This document shows, one piece after another, positions 25,562-38,436 of a stretch of 64,000 bases of DNA. Position 1 is the stretch's first letter. Every line of letters begins with the position of its first letter. Source of the stretch: Cirrosporium novae-zelandiae (taxonomy: Eukaryota). The notes under the pieces were generated by a model. The model saw nothing but the letters and a program-made list of their open reading frames with translations. It ran no database searches and was not told the origin of the DNA. The position numbers and the translations under genes were made by a program. The stretch spans positions 124,001 to 188,000 of the forward strand of contig JAPETS010000034.1 of the NCBI GenBank assembly GCA_026023565.1. The letters are read 5' to 3'.

Positions 25562-25703
25562 GCATGAAACCGGTGTTCGGTATCTCAGTCTCTTGTGCAT
25601 CCACATTCTTGAAAAACAGAATGCGGTCTGGAGCTATGAGATTCCCGTTCTGAGATGATACGGTTATAACTTGATCTGGATAATTCCAGCGAAAGGATCA
25701 TGC
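25562..25703 (+). promoter_or_regulatory. TPP riboswitch aptamer in a 5'-leader intron
   Basis: P1 GCATGA(25562-67)/TCATGC(25698-703); P2 AACCG/CGGTT; GGTGTTCGG..CCGTTC-TGAGAT with extended P3; P4/P5 CTTGATCTGGATAATTCCAGCGAAAGG. Followed by branch site TACTAAT and acceptor TAG at 25756. Confidence 0.95.
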
Positions 25704-25762
25704 TTTTTTCTCCCCTCCTATTACGTATGAACATATGAGGATACTAATTCGTGTAGGGCGAA

Positions 25763-27592
25763 ATGATGGCATCGAATTCAGAGTCAGGAGATGTCACCAA
25801 CGGCCACGGTCGAGTCAATGCGGATGCTGTCAATCTTGATGGCGAAAAGGACCCTCAAGCTGTCAGAGAGTTGGGTAGATTGACCGATAATACGTCTACC
25901 ATCGAAGGATTCGCTGGATATATGAAACATCTCAACAATGTACTATCACACCATAATGTTGAAGCTCGGGGCATCCAACGAGTCCCCACCAGTGAACGGA
26001 TTGAGCGCCTTCGGTGGACAAATATAGTTCAGATGTTTCTGTTATGGTTCTCCGTCAATCTGGCTGCCAACAATATCACGCTCGGCATGCTTGGGCCAGC
26101 CGTATACGCGTTGAGCTTCAAAGACTCCGCCTTGACCAGCGTCTTCGGCGCTCTCGTTGGAAGCATCCCTGTTGCGTATCTGGCAACCTTTGGCCCATTG
26201 TCCGGCAATCGTACAATGGTTTGTGACACCCCATAGAAGTTTCCTTAATGGCGGTTTATAGACATAGTTTACTGATAATAGATAGATCTTTGCAAGATAT
26301 ACTATGGGCTGGTGGCCCAGTAGGCTCATTGCGGTCCTGAACATCATTGTCTCCATCGGATACGCGTTGATTGACTGTGTTATTGCTGGTCAGATACTTT
26401 CCGCGGTATCACCCCATGGTAGTTTATCCATTGTTGTCGGTACGTCTTGTGCATGGAATATACTATCACCTAATACGCTCTGATCCCCATAAACAGGCAT
26501 TATTATCGTAGCAGTCATCACCTGGGTTGTCACCAGTTTTGGCATCAGGATATTCCACCATTACGAACGGTAAAATCCCACCCCCCCCAAACCTACACTA
26601 ACCTTCACACAAACCCCTACTTACTAACTTAAAAAAAATCTAGATGGGCCTTCCTCCCTCAACTAATCGCCATCATCATCGCCTTCAGCGTGACAGCGAA
26701 ACACTACACCCTCACAACCCCGTCCTCCGGCTCCCCCGCCACCGTAACCGGAAACCGCATCTCTTTTTTCTCTCTCTGCCTCAGCGCAGCAATAACCTAC
26801 TCAGGCGCGGCTTGCGACTACTTCGTCTACTACCCGCCGCAAACGCCACGAATAATTCTATTCACGCTCATCCTGCTATCCTTAACCTGTTCCTTCACGC
26901 TAACCTTCCTTTTGGGAATCGGGCTCGCCTCCGCCCTCCCCACCCTGACCACCTGGTCAACCGCCTACAACACCTCTCAAGGCGCGCTGCTCGTAACCTC
27001 CCTAACCAGCTCCCCGCTTCATCACGCCTTTGGCTCCTTCATTTCCATCCTGGTCGCACTCGGCCTCATCGCAAACCTGATTCCGCCAACCTACTCCTCC
27101 GCCCTGAACCTCCAAATCCTCTCACCAACACTTGCCCTGGTCCCGCGCGTCTTCTGGAATACCCTATGCGTGATAACCTATACGGCGTGTGCCCTCACGG
27201 GCCGCAACTACCTCGCCTCCATATTTACAAACTTCCTCGCCCTCATGGGCTATTGGGTCGCCATCTGGGTTTCCATCACGCTGGAAGAACACCTCCTATT
27301 TCGCCGCTCGTCGCACATAAACTTCCGCTCTGAATCCTCCCTCGCGGGCCCTTATAACTGGGAGGTCTGGAACCAGCGTGAGAAGCTGCCCGTTGGGATT
27401 GCGGCGCTGATGGCATTTCTGGTAGGGTGGGTCGGCGCGGTGTTGTGCATGGCGCAGGTGTGGTATGTGGGACCGATTGCGGGGTTGGTGGGGGAGTTTG
27501 GGGCCGATTTGGGGAATTATGTGGGGTTTTTATGGGCCGGGGTGGTCTATCCGGTTTTGAGGTATTGGGAGATTAAAAGATTTGGGAGGTGA
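25763..27592 (+). CDS. NCS1-family (purine-cytosine permease, Fcy2/Tpn1-like) transporter, probably for thiamine or a precursor
   Basis: EARGIQRV, LWFSVN, GPLSGNRTM|IFARYTMGWWP, DYFVYYP, FTNFLALMGYW, WYVGPIA motifs; many TM segments; introns 26219-26285, 26440-26496, 26570-26643. Substrate inferred only from the riboswitch. Confidence 0.92.
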
Positions 27593-28305
27593 CTGGGACT
27601 TGCTAAGAGGAGGTTGAGGGTGGAGAGATGGGAGAATCATGATTTTAGAGGCTTCAACAGCTTTGAAATCAAGGTTCCATCCATCCATACAGAAGAACTA
27701 ATGAAATTTTTCCTATTGGTTTCGTTTTAAGCCATCTAAGATACAGGATTGGGAGGGAAAGCAAGTGAATCAAGAAATGGGGGAATAGAAACGGTTAAGC
27801 GTAACATAGGCAGGCATACAAATAACCCTCCCCTCTCAAAAAAAGAAAAAAACCACACTCATACTCATTCAGTCCAATTAAGATATATTTGACAGCATTA
27901 TCATCATCATAGGCACCATGAATCCAAAATCCCCATCGTTTCTATCTATTTACGTTGATGGGACCCTTGGGCTAGGGTTGTTTTATTAACAACGGGCACC
28001 CTCTTTCGAGAGAGACGCAATTTCATTAATACAATCCTCTTTAGTCCTCAGTCTATGCTTGCTTCCTTGTTAGCTTGCTTGCTTGATTTGATGATAATGA
28101 CTTGAAACCTCCCGTTTGTTCGTTTCGTTTCGTTTCGTATTTAACGATCGTAGTAGTGGTGGTTATGGTGAATCTTTCCTTGTCCGACCGACGCCGATAA
28201 TAAACATAAACATACCAAGCCCAGTTCCAGGGATGCCATATAAAAAAAAAGCCTCTCACATTTCTCTCACTAGAAATGGATAGGGGAATCATCACTTTGC
28301 GTGGT

Positions 28306-31300
28306 TTAATATCGTTTATATTTCTGGGAGCAAAGAGTAATTAGTAAACAAATATTATTTGGGTTACAATTTTTTTGGCTGAGGGGTGGGACTGGACCAG
28401 ACTACTCACCTCTTCCATTCTTCTCCTGTTTTGTGGATCCAAGGAATTTGTAGCTCCTAGCAAGGTCTGGCCGATTGCTCTCGTAGCCCCGATGGCAGGC
28501 CTAAGAATGACGGTCGGCGCTTTTCTGAGAACTGCCTTTGCTGCGCTGCTTGCACTGCCGCTCTCCATGACTTCTCCTGGAACTGCAACGATTGCGTCTC
28601 TTGTCATTAAGAGATCGCGTTCAAGGCCAGCGTAAGCCCCACGAAGTCCCTGAACAATCCCAACTGGTTGTTCGGCGTACAAGCTGATATGTTTCTTTTC
28701 CTCTTCTTCAAGTTCCGCGTTTTCCCAGTATTCTTCGACATTGTACTCGGGTTTGTTGAGGAAGTCGTCAGCACCTTGCAGGACAGTCTGCGTACCGATT
28801 GCTAGCTTCGCACCAAGCTTGACAAGCTCGCTCGTGGTGGTTTTTGCGAATGCCATAGCTCCCTTCTGGATGCTTCTGACAACCCTACCATCCTTTCTGT
28901 ACTCTCGCACAGGAACGACAACGAGGTCCTTTACACCTCCCCCAACATTAACCAAGGACCTGACAGGCGCGAGGCCTGCAAGAACGCCAGGAAGCTGGTT
29001 GCGTTTGATATCCGGCATCCAGATATCGTTGAGGGTATCGCCAAGCTTATCAAATCCAGAGACCCCGTAGATAATGACATGACGAAGAACCATGTCGGCT
29101 TGATCAAGAATGAAAAAGTTCATAAACTCGGTCGTACGACCAGAGCGTAATCCGGCATAGTCTACCCTCTTGGGCTTGAAGTCGAGCTTGACTCGCACAG
29201 CATTGATCTCGACTCGTTGAAGGAACGGTGCATCATTGCTTGATGGCGTAGTGGGGGCACTATCATCTTTGAACTCGAAGAATCTGCTTAGGAATTCTAG
29301 GGCATCCTGGTCTACATGGAGTCGGAGCGGCAGAATGGTGGCCTAGAGATATATGTTAGACTTGTATCGTCATAGATTTGAGAAGACTTACTTTAAGGAC
29401 CAGTTCCGATGCAGCTAATTCAGCAACGGGTTTGACGTTGAGAAGTTCAAGATGCACCATGCTAGTCCCACTCTCCCGTTCGCCGGCATCAAGCATATAT
29501 GTCGCAAATTTCCTCCAAGTTGATGTTGGAACGTGATCGAATATTTCTATTTCCTTTACCCTGATGTCGACAGAGCTTTGCGTTTCACCCGATCCTGGAG
29601 GGAATACCACTACGTCGGCAGAAATTCCTTGAAGCTCGATTGTCATTTTATGATGTTTGCTTCTCGACAATCGGAGTTTCTTCCCCCTAACTCTAGGTTG
29701 ATGAGCTTGGCTTTGGCGACTAGGAGATGCAGATACAGTAGACGGCGCAAAAGTGTCCGTCTCACTAGTGAGATCATCAAGATCACGGTTGATTTGCAGG
29801 GCAAGCTCCCGTGGATCTCGATTCGCAGGAATGCCAATATAAACAGAGTTGAACAAGAAGTCTCCTATAACAGACTCTTCCTCCTCCTCAGGGTCATATG
29901 ATAGTCGGCGCTCACGTCGAGCGCGTTTTTCAGTCGCTTTGATCTCGACATCTTTAACCGCCTTTGCAATAGTGTCCCTGGTTTTCGGCCAGTCGTATCC
30001 ATCAAATAAATTCCAAATGAAATGAAAATCTCGGACACGTATCCTTAGTGGACTCCGTTTCAATATACTTTCGTTACTTAATGCGTAAGTATTTTGGGCC
30101 GCATTCCATCGATGTGCAGTACCCCCGACAAATGAGGTTGCAGTAAAGTGATCTTCCTGAAAGTCAAGTTGCACCCCTGGTGCGACCACGGATTGTTCCT
30201 GGAAACTCTTCAGCAGTTTAGAATCGCCAATGTTGCGAGTTGCTGGGGGATGCGCAAGCTCCGCCAAATCATCTTCTAGCAAATCACCGGGATCGAAGTC
30301 TTCATCGGGATTAGATGGGTAGAAGCTGCTAACAAATTCAAGGTTTTGTGGGATATCATCATCCATCAGGTCACCTTCATCAAGGTCTAAAGGTTGCGCA
30401 TATCCATCTGCTCCAGTTGGAGAAGCAAATGCATCTCCAGAGAATGAAGCCAGCATGTCTTCGATAGGTATGACTTCAGTTCGGTACTTGACCTCTTTGC
30501 TGGGCGGAGATGGTGGCGCGAGTCCACTAAGAATGCTGATCATAGTCTGAGTCGAGTCGGCACAGGTTTCCAACACGAATAGGTCGTCTTTTACGTCAAG
30601 ATCAATGGATTTGTCTTCGGAGCCTGCAAGGCACATAACCTTGACCGCCACAGCCGCAGAAGAAATATACCCAAGAGAGACATATCCTAAATCACAAAGT
30701 TCCGAAATCTGATTACTTCGTACTTCAATAGATCGCCTCCGTCTAGGAACTTCAGCAGCCCCTACGGTATTCACATCATCTATTGCTAAGAAGGATGCTT
30801 TCTTAATCTCAAGACTAGCCTCAAGATTATCATCGGTGGGTAATGTGCAGGAAAAGCAAGCATCGGTAAGAACCAATAAACCTTTACTAGGATTCGTGGA
30901 ATGGTTGAGTCCAATGATAGAATCGCGCATCACAATGGCAATCTTCGAAGTCTTGGGAGACAATCCCGATGTGTCACTCCTGAGTGGTGATCTGCTAGGT
31001 GATTTCGGGTCTCGATGAGTGATAGTAGCTATCGAATCAACCATGTGTGCCGCAAATTCCTCAGCGGGCATAGCTACAGAGGCGTTCATTAAAGCCATTG
31101 CCAGCTGCATCCGGTACTCAGCACGTAAATTCCAAACCTTGATCTTGACTGTAGGCTCCATTTCGTCACCGATGAAACGAACCATGAGCATGGGCGAGCG
31201 AGGTTGTAAAGCACCCGTCTTTGGTTCAATAGCTTCTCCGATTAATTGTTCGGTGGAATTTCTTCGGATATCAAGTTTTACAATGCAGAAAGCGAGGAGG

Positions 31301-34300
31301 GGGGGAACGCCAACATGTGCTAGCTCCAAGTTTTGGGCAGTCAATTCCATGTCTCCGAGAGTATCTTTCATGTCTACTCGTACACTTAAATCTTTAACTA
31401 GACCTAGAGTCAATATGCCGGGCCGATCATCTTCAGGAAGATACTTTGTAACTGTAGCGAGCTTGCTCAGATCAGCAGCGAAACTTGGAAGATTCTTCAA
31501 ATCCTCAACATTTGGTATGTTGACATTGAGCGTGGAGAGTGTTGCACGGATTACGGAGCCTTTCCTCCGTTGACGAAGTAAGGTATCTAACATTATATCA
31601 TCATCTTCCTCGTACTTATCTTTGGATGGTGTCAACACGGATAGTAGACGAGCCAGGTCCGTTTCCTTAGGGGATAAAAGGTATTCAATCCTAGAATTTC
31701 CAATTTCAGCCGACATACACAAGGCATGCTCGTGATGTGAGAAGTGTGGCACGATTCTCGCTTTGTCAACCTGGACGCCTATTCCCTCGTCGCGGGAAAC
31801 CAGCTTTATAGCACTCGTTTCCAGATTGATAGTCCCGTTCGTACCAGCTACATCAACGCCCAACCCGCCTATTCTAACATTGACCTTGTTTTCTTGAGGC
31901 AGGATACCAGACTCGGCTTTAGATGATGTATCCTTAAAGTGAACCCCTCGTGGCCGCGGTGGTGTTTGGCTTACAGGAAGTGGTCCTGTCTTCAAAGTAG
32001 CTGTCGAGGCTATCGAACTTCCAAGTTCGATAACACTACTTAGTCCGCCGAACCAGCCAAACGTTTCGTCAAGCTTTTGGAGATCTATTGACACGTGAAT
32101 TGGTAGAGTAGATAAGTTGCATCGAAAGAAGCTTGGGGTTTTCGTTATCGACAAGGAAATGTCCTTGCCCTGAGGAGCTAGGATATCTCTGACAGATTCT
32201 CTCAATTTGAGGCTAGAATCAAAACTAAGAATATCCTCTTTCGCGTATCCAAAGGTAAATTTTTCAAGTTCAACATGTATCGATGTAAGTGCAGCTTGCA
32301 TGCTTTGGCTAAATGCCAAGCCTCGAATACGTATCGCAAGCATTATTTCGGCTTCCGATGGAACATCACTTGCCATCCACAAGCTTTTCAGAGACCTTGT
32401 AGGATTTGTATACTCCCTTAGGCGATCTACAAAAAGCACAGCGATATGTTTTACACTAACGCTGAGCGGTGGCGTTTTTTCCGAGCCTTTCTCCGAGGAC
32501 TTTGAAGTGCCTTTGAATGCAGCCATCGTAGTCTTCGCATGTTCGACAATGCCAATAGCTAGACGTACGATAGCCAAGTCAAATTGGACATTGATGGAAT
32601 GGATTTCAACTTCGATCGAGCAAGAGCTACTTGGGTCTTGCATTGCTTCCTTCTGTGTTTCCGAACTTCTTCTACGTGGACGAGGGTTGATCGAGGTTCG
32701 CGCCTTCGTCGGTGGCGATCGTGATTTCATAACCGGATTTTCTCTCAAGTCAGCCGTTGTAAATGCTCCAGGCATTTCACCAAAGACGGAGCTTGCTGCT
32801 GAAGCTTCTAAGCCTTGATAATATGAAAGAGGCTCTGCATCAACAGCATTATGTTCGACATCAGGCTCCGATGGTAGCAGAAGAGCAATTCGATCGATAG
32901 ATAGAAGAAGTTTCCTCACTCTCGAAAACGTACTTGATGCTTGCGATAGCAAAGGAGATGAAATCCGTTCTGATGCGTTAGATCTCCCAGGAACGGATGA
33001 ACATGATGAGCTAGACATGTCCGATACACGTGGAGTAGACCTGCCAGAGACATTGTTGTCAATGTTTCCGGTCACCGGGCTATCCATAGAGACTTGATCT
33101 TCTATGCTTGGCACAAGCTTGTTTGTAGACAGGAAAGACACTGGATTTTGTGCTTTGGGTTCTAGCTGACTTTGTGGACTAGACTCTGGCGTTCCCAAAG
33201 TCATACTATCACTCGCAGTACTTGCCGTATCCAAGCCCACAGAAGCCAAATCTTCCTCCGGTGCGCGACTCATTGCACTCATGTACATGCTTTCTGCTTC
33301 TTCATGACTAAAAATTCTAGACACAGCAAGGTCATCAGAGGGAGATGGTGATCTAGAATCACGCTGCAGAGGGATCTCAAGTCCTGATCCAGCCATCCGT
33401 GGCGTTGAATTACCCGAGGACGACTGGTCGGTCTGAAGTACACGAAGTGGAAGAGGTTGGGAGTGAATGATATGATCCATACTATCAAACCCCCCCGTTC
33501 CATGTGATAATAACTCTGAACGTTGAGTGGGTCGAAGTCCTCTAAATTCATCTCCAGGGATATAATGTTGGGGTTCTTCGGGAATCGACCCAGGTCTGAG
33601 AAGATCTGACGGGGAATGAGTGCGACCAGAATCTACTATATTCGTTAAAGAAGATGGCCGTATTGGATAAGTGGGAAGTGTCTGAGATTCTGCAATCTCT
33701 TCGTCAAACTGGTTGTCGAGCACCTGGTCAAGATAGCTAGAGTCGTCGAACACACTGTCATGATACTGGCTTCTCTCCAAGACAGTAGAGCGGCGTAGCT
33801 CCCCGAGGCTATCACCTAGGTCAGGACCGGCATCAGCAAAGCGATCTCCATCGTCTGTCACCATTGACTCTTCCATATGCGCGGTCTCTTCCTCGGGTAA
33901 GCTATCCGCTAGACTCTCCCTTGATCGAAGCATTGGAGACTGCTGGATTATAGGGGATTGCACAGTCGAAGTCCTTGGTATAGAACTGTGTGACGAATGA
34001 TGTGACGAATGGTGTGATGAGTGATGGGAAGACCCAGACCGCATGAGCTCTTCCTGTGTTGGTCGAGGAGAGAAAGCTGTCCTAGGGGTCGGCGATTGTG
34101 TAGGACGGGCAAAGTAGTCCAGTACAGATGCATCTGAAATGAGAAAGCATTGTACACCCAGGATGCTAATGGACCGCTTCGATCTTTGAGGATCTTCCTT
34201 GGGTATATCAGAAGGATCGTCCTCCGAGTCGGAGGGGGCGTGTTCATCGCTGGTTTCCTGACTGCCTATACCATGCACGATTATCGTCTCAGTGCCCAGC

Positions 34301-35171
34301 CGGAAGGTTACTGTATCTGTCCGATCACTGCTGTCTCCGTCCACAGATGATGCCGCTGGCATCTGAATATCGACATCAAGCTCCACCGACTTAATTCTTA
34401 TTTCAAGCCGATCGATGGCCCCTTTTATGAATCCCGCAAGAAAGCCTGGTAATGACATGCCGGCCTCCGATCCCATACCCACATCATCCTCATCGCTGTC
34501 ACTAAAAACGGCAGACTGCTGCAAATATTGTGACTGAGAAGCGAGTGCGGCCTCCAATTCGGCTTTTTCTTCAACTGGCTCTGTCTCTAAGAAAGACTCC
34601 GCAAGGTCAGTTGGATTTGGAAGAACCGCCTGCACGCCCTCATCCTGTGATTTTGTACTACCCCATCTTGATGGCCCACCAGGATCGTGAACTTCTGGTG
34701 GAGTATCCCGAGGACGATCGGAATTAGCACCTTTAGCTAGGCCACGTTTCGCACGACTCCCATTTCCACTTGTGTTCTCCTTATTTTCTGTAGGAAGTTC
34801 CCTTAGTAGAGCGCTGACACCTTCAATCTCGATAAGAATTCCACCGCTATTAAGGTTTGCTGGTATCGTAATTCGAAGCTTTCGGACATGTGCTCGAACA
34901 AGAGAGAAATTCGGTGGCAAGGGAAGTAGCGAGGTGAGTTTCTAGAGACCACTATTGTTAATAAATATAGCAAGGAGTAAGTACTAGAGAGTTATAATAA
35001 AGTCCCTACTTTGAGCTGTAGCCCAACATCACGGAGCTCGAAGGTGCTTCTCTGACCCCATGCTATATCCAACTTTTCGAGATCTAACTCATCAGTGTCC
35101 AGAAAACCGACACGAGATAGAATGTATCGAAATAAGCGTTTTTGGAAGAACGAGGGCAGGAAGGGTGCCAT
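28306..35171 (-). CDS. ATG2: Autophagy-related protein 2
   Basis: Chorein_N-like start [50 protein letters not shown]-terminal ILRPAIGAT...EEKYKRY. Over 2100 aa; introns 34942-35009, 29343-29391, 28324-28409. Confidence 0.96.
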
Positions 35172-35969
35172 GGTAAACAGCTGCCTCGCTCAACCGCAAA
35201 ATAGGGAAAGCGGTCTGCCTAATAAAATAATTTATCAGTCGGCATATCAGGATCCAACATCTCAGCCTAAGACAAAGTGAAGTCGTAGAAGCAACACGCC
35301 GTCAAGGCTAAATAGGCAACATTAAGACCCGAACCGAATAAAACAAAGGGTACCAGTGAAGCTGTTGCGGGTTGTGCTGTCATCCTGTTGTTTAAGCAAG
35401 CATCATTTGTAGATGCCTTACAAAGTACTTTTAGCTAAGTTCGTCAATCTTTGAAGTACAAGTGGCCCAGTGACGAAAGGTCTTGGATCATGCGGGCTTG
35501 GGGGTTGCCAGAGCCTTCACGGGCAGTGGCAGGTCCTTGGCGAGCACTGGCGGGGCAGGGCTAAGGCCGGTCTACTGCAGTAAACATTTTAGCTTCATCT
35601 GCACGATCCCTCGGACTTTCGGAACCTCATTAAAATCATCAGAGTACTTAGATACAGTATTGCGGGGGGTTAAGAGTACATGATATAAAAAAACATCACC
35701 GCAACATTCCGTTCTATTATTTATATACTGTATATACTATTTGGTACAAAGCTTTATATGTCCCTGGAAGAGGAAAGGTATAGCCTATTCCGAGCTATCG
35801 ACTTAATAATTTCAACAGTCTATCGAGGAGAAACTGGGTCCTGGAAAAGGAACATCTTTTAGCCAGACCATCTCACGTCCTAAATATAATGCTTTCACGA
35901 GACTTTGTAGGCCGACCCATTGAGAGATGTACAAGATAATACCTCAGTATCCTTCTCGACGATGCTACT

Positions 35970-38436
35970 CTAAGTCGATGAAGATTCAAAGTAAGCAGCC
36001 TGGTCTGTGACGATCATGCCAGCAATGCTGGCAGAGGTCAAGGTAGAGAGCGCGCCTGACAATAGAGCACTAAAGGCGATTTTGGAAACATCGCCTGCTC
36101 TCCTCTTCGAGAGCTGGGATAGCACACCAATCTGGATTCCAAGTGATCCAACATTAGCAAATCCGCAGAGCGCATAAGTTACAATGAGTCGCGAACGACT
36201 AGACAAATCGGAATAATAGTCATCCGTCTGAAGGTCAGTGTAAGCAACAAATTCGTTCTATACGGTCAAATTAGCGCACTGGCATTGCCAACCATACAAA
36301 ATTTGAACTTACAGTAACCAATTTCATGCCAATCAGTCTTGCGACCTTGTAGATGTCCCCATTCCGAGGAACACCTAATAAGAAGGCAATTGGATAACAG
36401 ATATACCCAACAACCATCTCAATTGTCAGATCTTCAATATCAAGATACCTTCCCCACCATGTAAGTAACTTCAACTTCCATTAGTATCTGTTCTTTTCGC
36501 TGCCTAGAATAAGTATTTGGACTTACACCGTCGAGGAGCCCAATTAAAGCAATAATACACTGGTTTAATAATTTAGCACGAGCTTAATAAACATGGTAGT
36601 TTATTACTCACTAGCAAATTCGTCATCATCGTTCCTCCAATCTTAAGCCCCAACCATGCTCCCTTGGCGAAAGCATGAAGAGAATTGACAGACTTATTAT
36701 CAGGATCTTCATCCTCTGGAATGACGACTCTTCCTGCTGTCAGGGATTCTTCGGTTTCCGGATATCGTAACTTGCTGATAGCGATCGAGGCCGGAATCGA
36801 CATGACACAAGAGGACACAAGAGCTTGGGCATTCACACCCATAGCGATATATGCAACTAGCACGCTACCTGCGATGGTTGCAAAGCCGGAAGTCATGACT
36901 TGGTGCAATTCCGCAGTGGTCAAATGGGGTACGAATGGCCTAGATAATAGAATAAGCGTTTGAATCATGATTCAAGATCTGATAATACCGAATGAGCATG
37001 GCACTTTCGCCCTGAGAATGCTGTTAGCTATAGATTATCAAATTCTTGTTAAAGCTGCAGACACCTACTTGACCGATAAAGGGGCTTGCAGTAGCAACCA
37101 CAGCCTCTGCTCCTGAGACGCCCATCAACCAGAAGAAGAATACAACGCCCTTTAAAACGATCCATTGTAGAACGCCCCAATAGAATAGGAGTTGCACTAT
37201 TGACACGAAAAAGATGATGGCAGGGATTGTTGACACTTGAAATAAATTAACACTGATCCATAAGGTACCATCCAACCTGAAAAGGGTGGCATTTTCTACA
37301 TACCCAAAAACCAGCCTAAGTTTGAGGTTGCAGTATTCTAGATGAACAATGGTTAGAGTGCTTAGGAGAAAACGGGAGTATGAAAAGACCCACAGTCAAA
37401 AACTCAACCCCGTCACCAGCAAAGCCCAGAAGGTCTTCAGCAAGCGTCGAAATGAAATGGAAGATATCATATCCGACACCAGTTCGCAGAACAAACAAGG
37501 CAACAATGAATTGAGAAAGATACCCGACAATAACTGTACGCCATTTGATTGCTTTCCTGTTTGCCGAAGTTGCCCATAGAACGAACGTAAAGATTACGAG
37601 GCCTAGCAAGCTGATGCCACGGTTGGCTCGAGTGTTATCCTTGCTTTCTGGACTGCAGAAGCTGCCTATCAGGTAAACAGCAATGGTAAGGAGAGCACCA
37701 GCTGGAACCTTCAACTTCTCAGGAAGTAGCTGTGCGATGCGGACTCCAGTGTTATTCCAGACAAAGTGCATGGGCCTAGTGACGATTGTGATGGGAACCC
37801 AGAAAAATATTACCCTAAGAGTAATAGCGAGATAAAGTAAAAAGGGTACAACCCATCCAAGGTCGTGACGATGAAGAATCAAGCCGGCGATCCACCATCT
37901 ATCTCGTGTCAGTACCTCTCACTCAAAAACATGGAGAGTTGACTACTAGAAAATACATAAATATTGGCCATCGAGTTTAAGAGACCCACTCAAAGTATCC
38001 TATTGTTTAAGGATCCAAAACCATACTCAAAGTACGTCTAGATAGAGGATAAAGGAACACCTTACCCAGTAAAGACCAACCAAATGAACAAATGCACAAA
38101 TATCCTATACTTGTGAAGATATTTTTTGAGCCCATGCCTGCTGCTACTCCCTTCTCCGTCCAGTGAGTTCACGTTACCAAGTTGTCCCTTCTCTGAATCC
38201 TGCCCTGTGGAGGTCTCCTCGACGACCTCTAATAGCTGCTTGCGTTGAGCATAATCCCGAGAGCTTTCATCTGAGACGTTGGTCTTGGTAATAGCAGCTT
38301 TTTCGATGTCTTCTCCCTCATTGCGGCTCGCGGGATTGTGGGGTTCAAGAGAGAGATCCAAAGAGGGTTTATTCCTAGAAGCGGTTTCATGCTGATGCAA
38401 CGCACTCTGATCCAGCCCTTTTTCGTTGTCTGCCAT
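35970..38436 (-). CDS. Concentrative nucleoside transporter (CNT/SLC28 family)
   Basis: ASPFIGQ|GESAMLIR, MTSGFATIAGSVL, VMSIPASIAISKLRYPE, TYALCGFANVGSLGIQIG; several short introns. Confidence 0.93.

Noticed and set aside
33985..34030. SSHH tandem repeat in ATG2
   Set aside because: Short 12-nt slippage in a disordered linker; no evidence of function.
28375..34727. Long antisense ORFs inside ATG2 (up to 203 aa) and in other genes
   Set aside because: Shadows of codon usage on the coding strand; no independent motifs.
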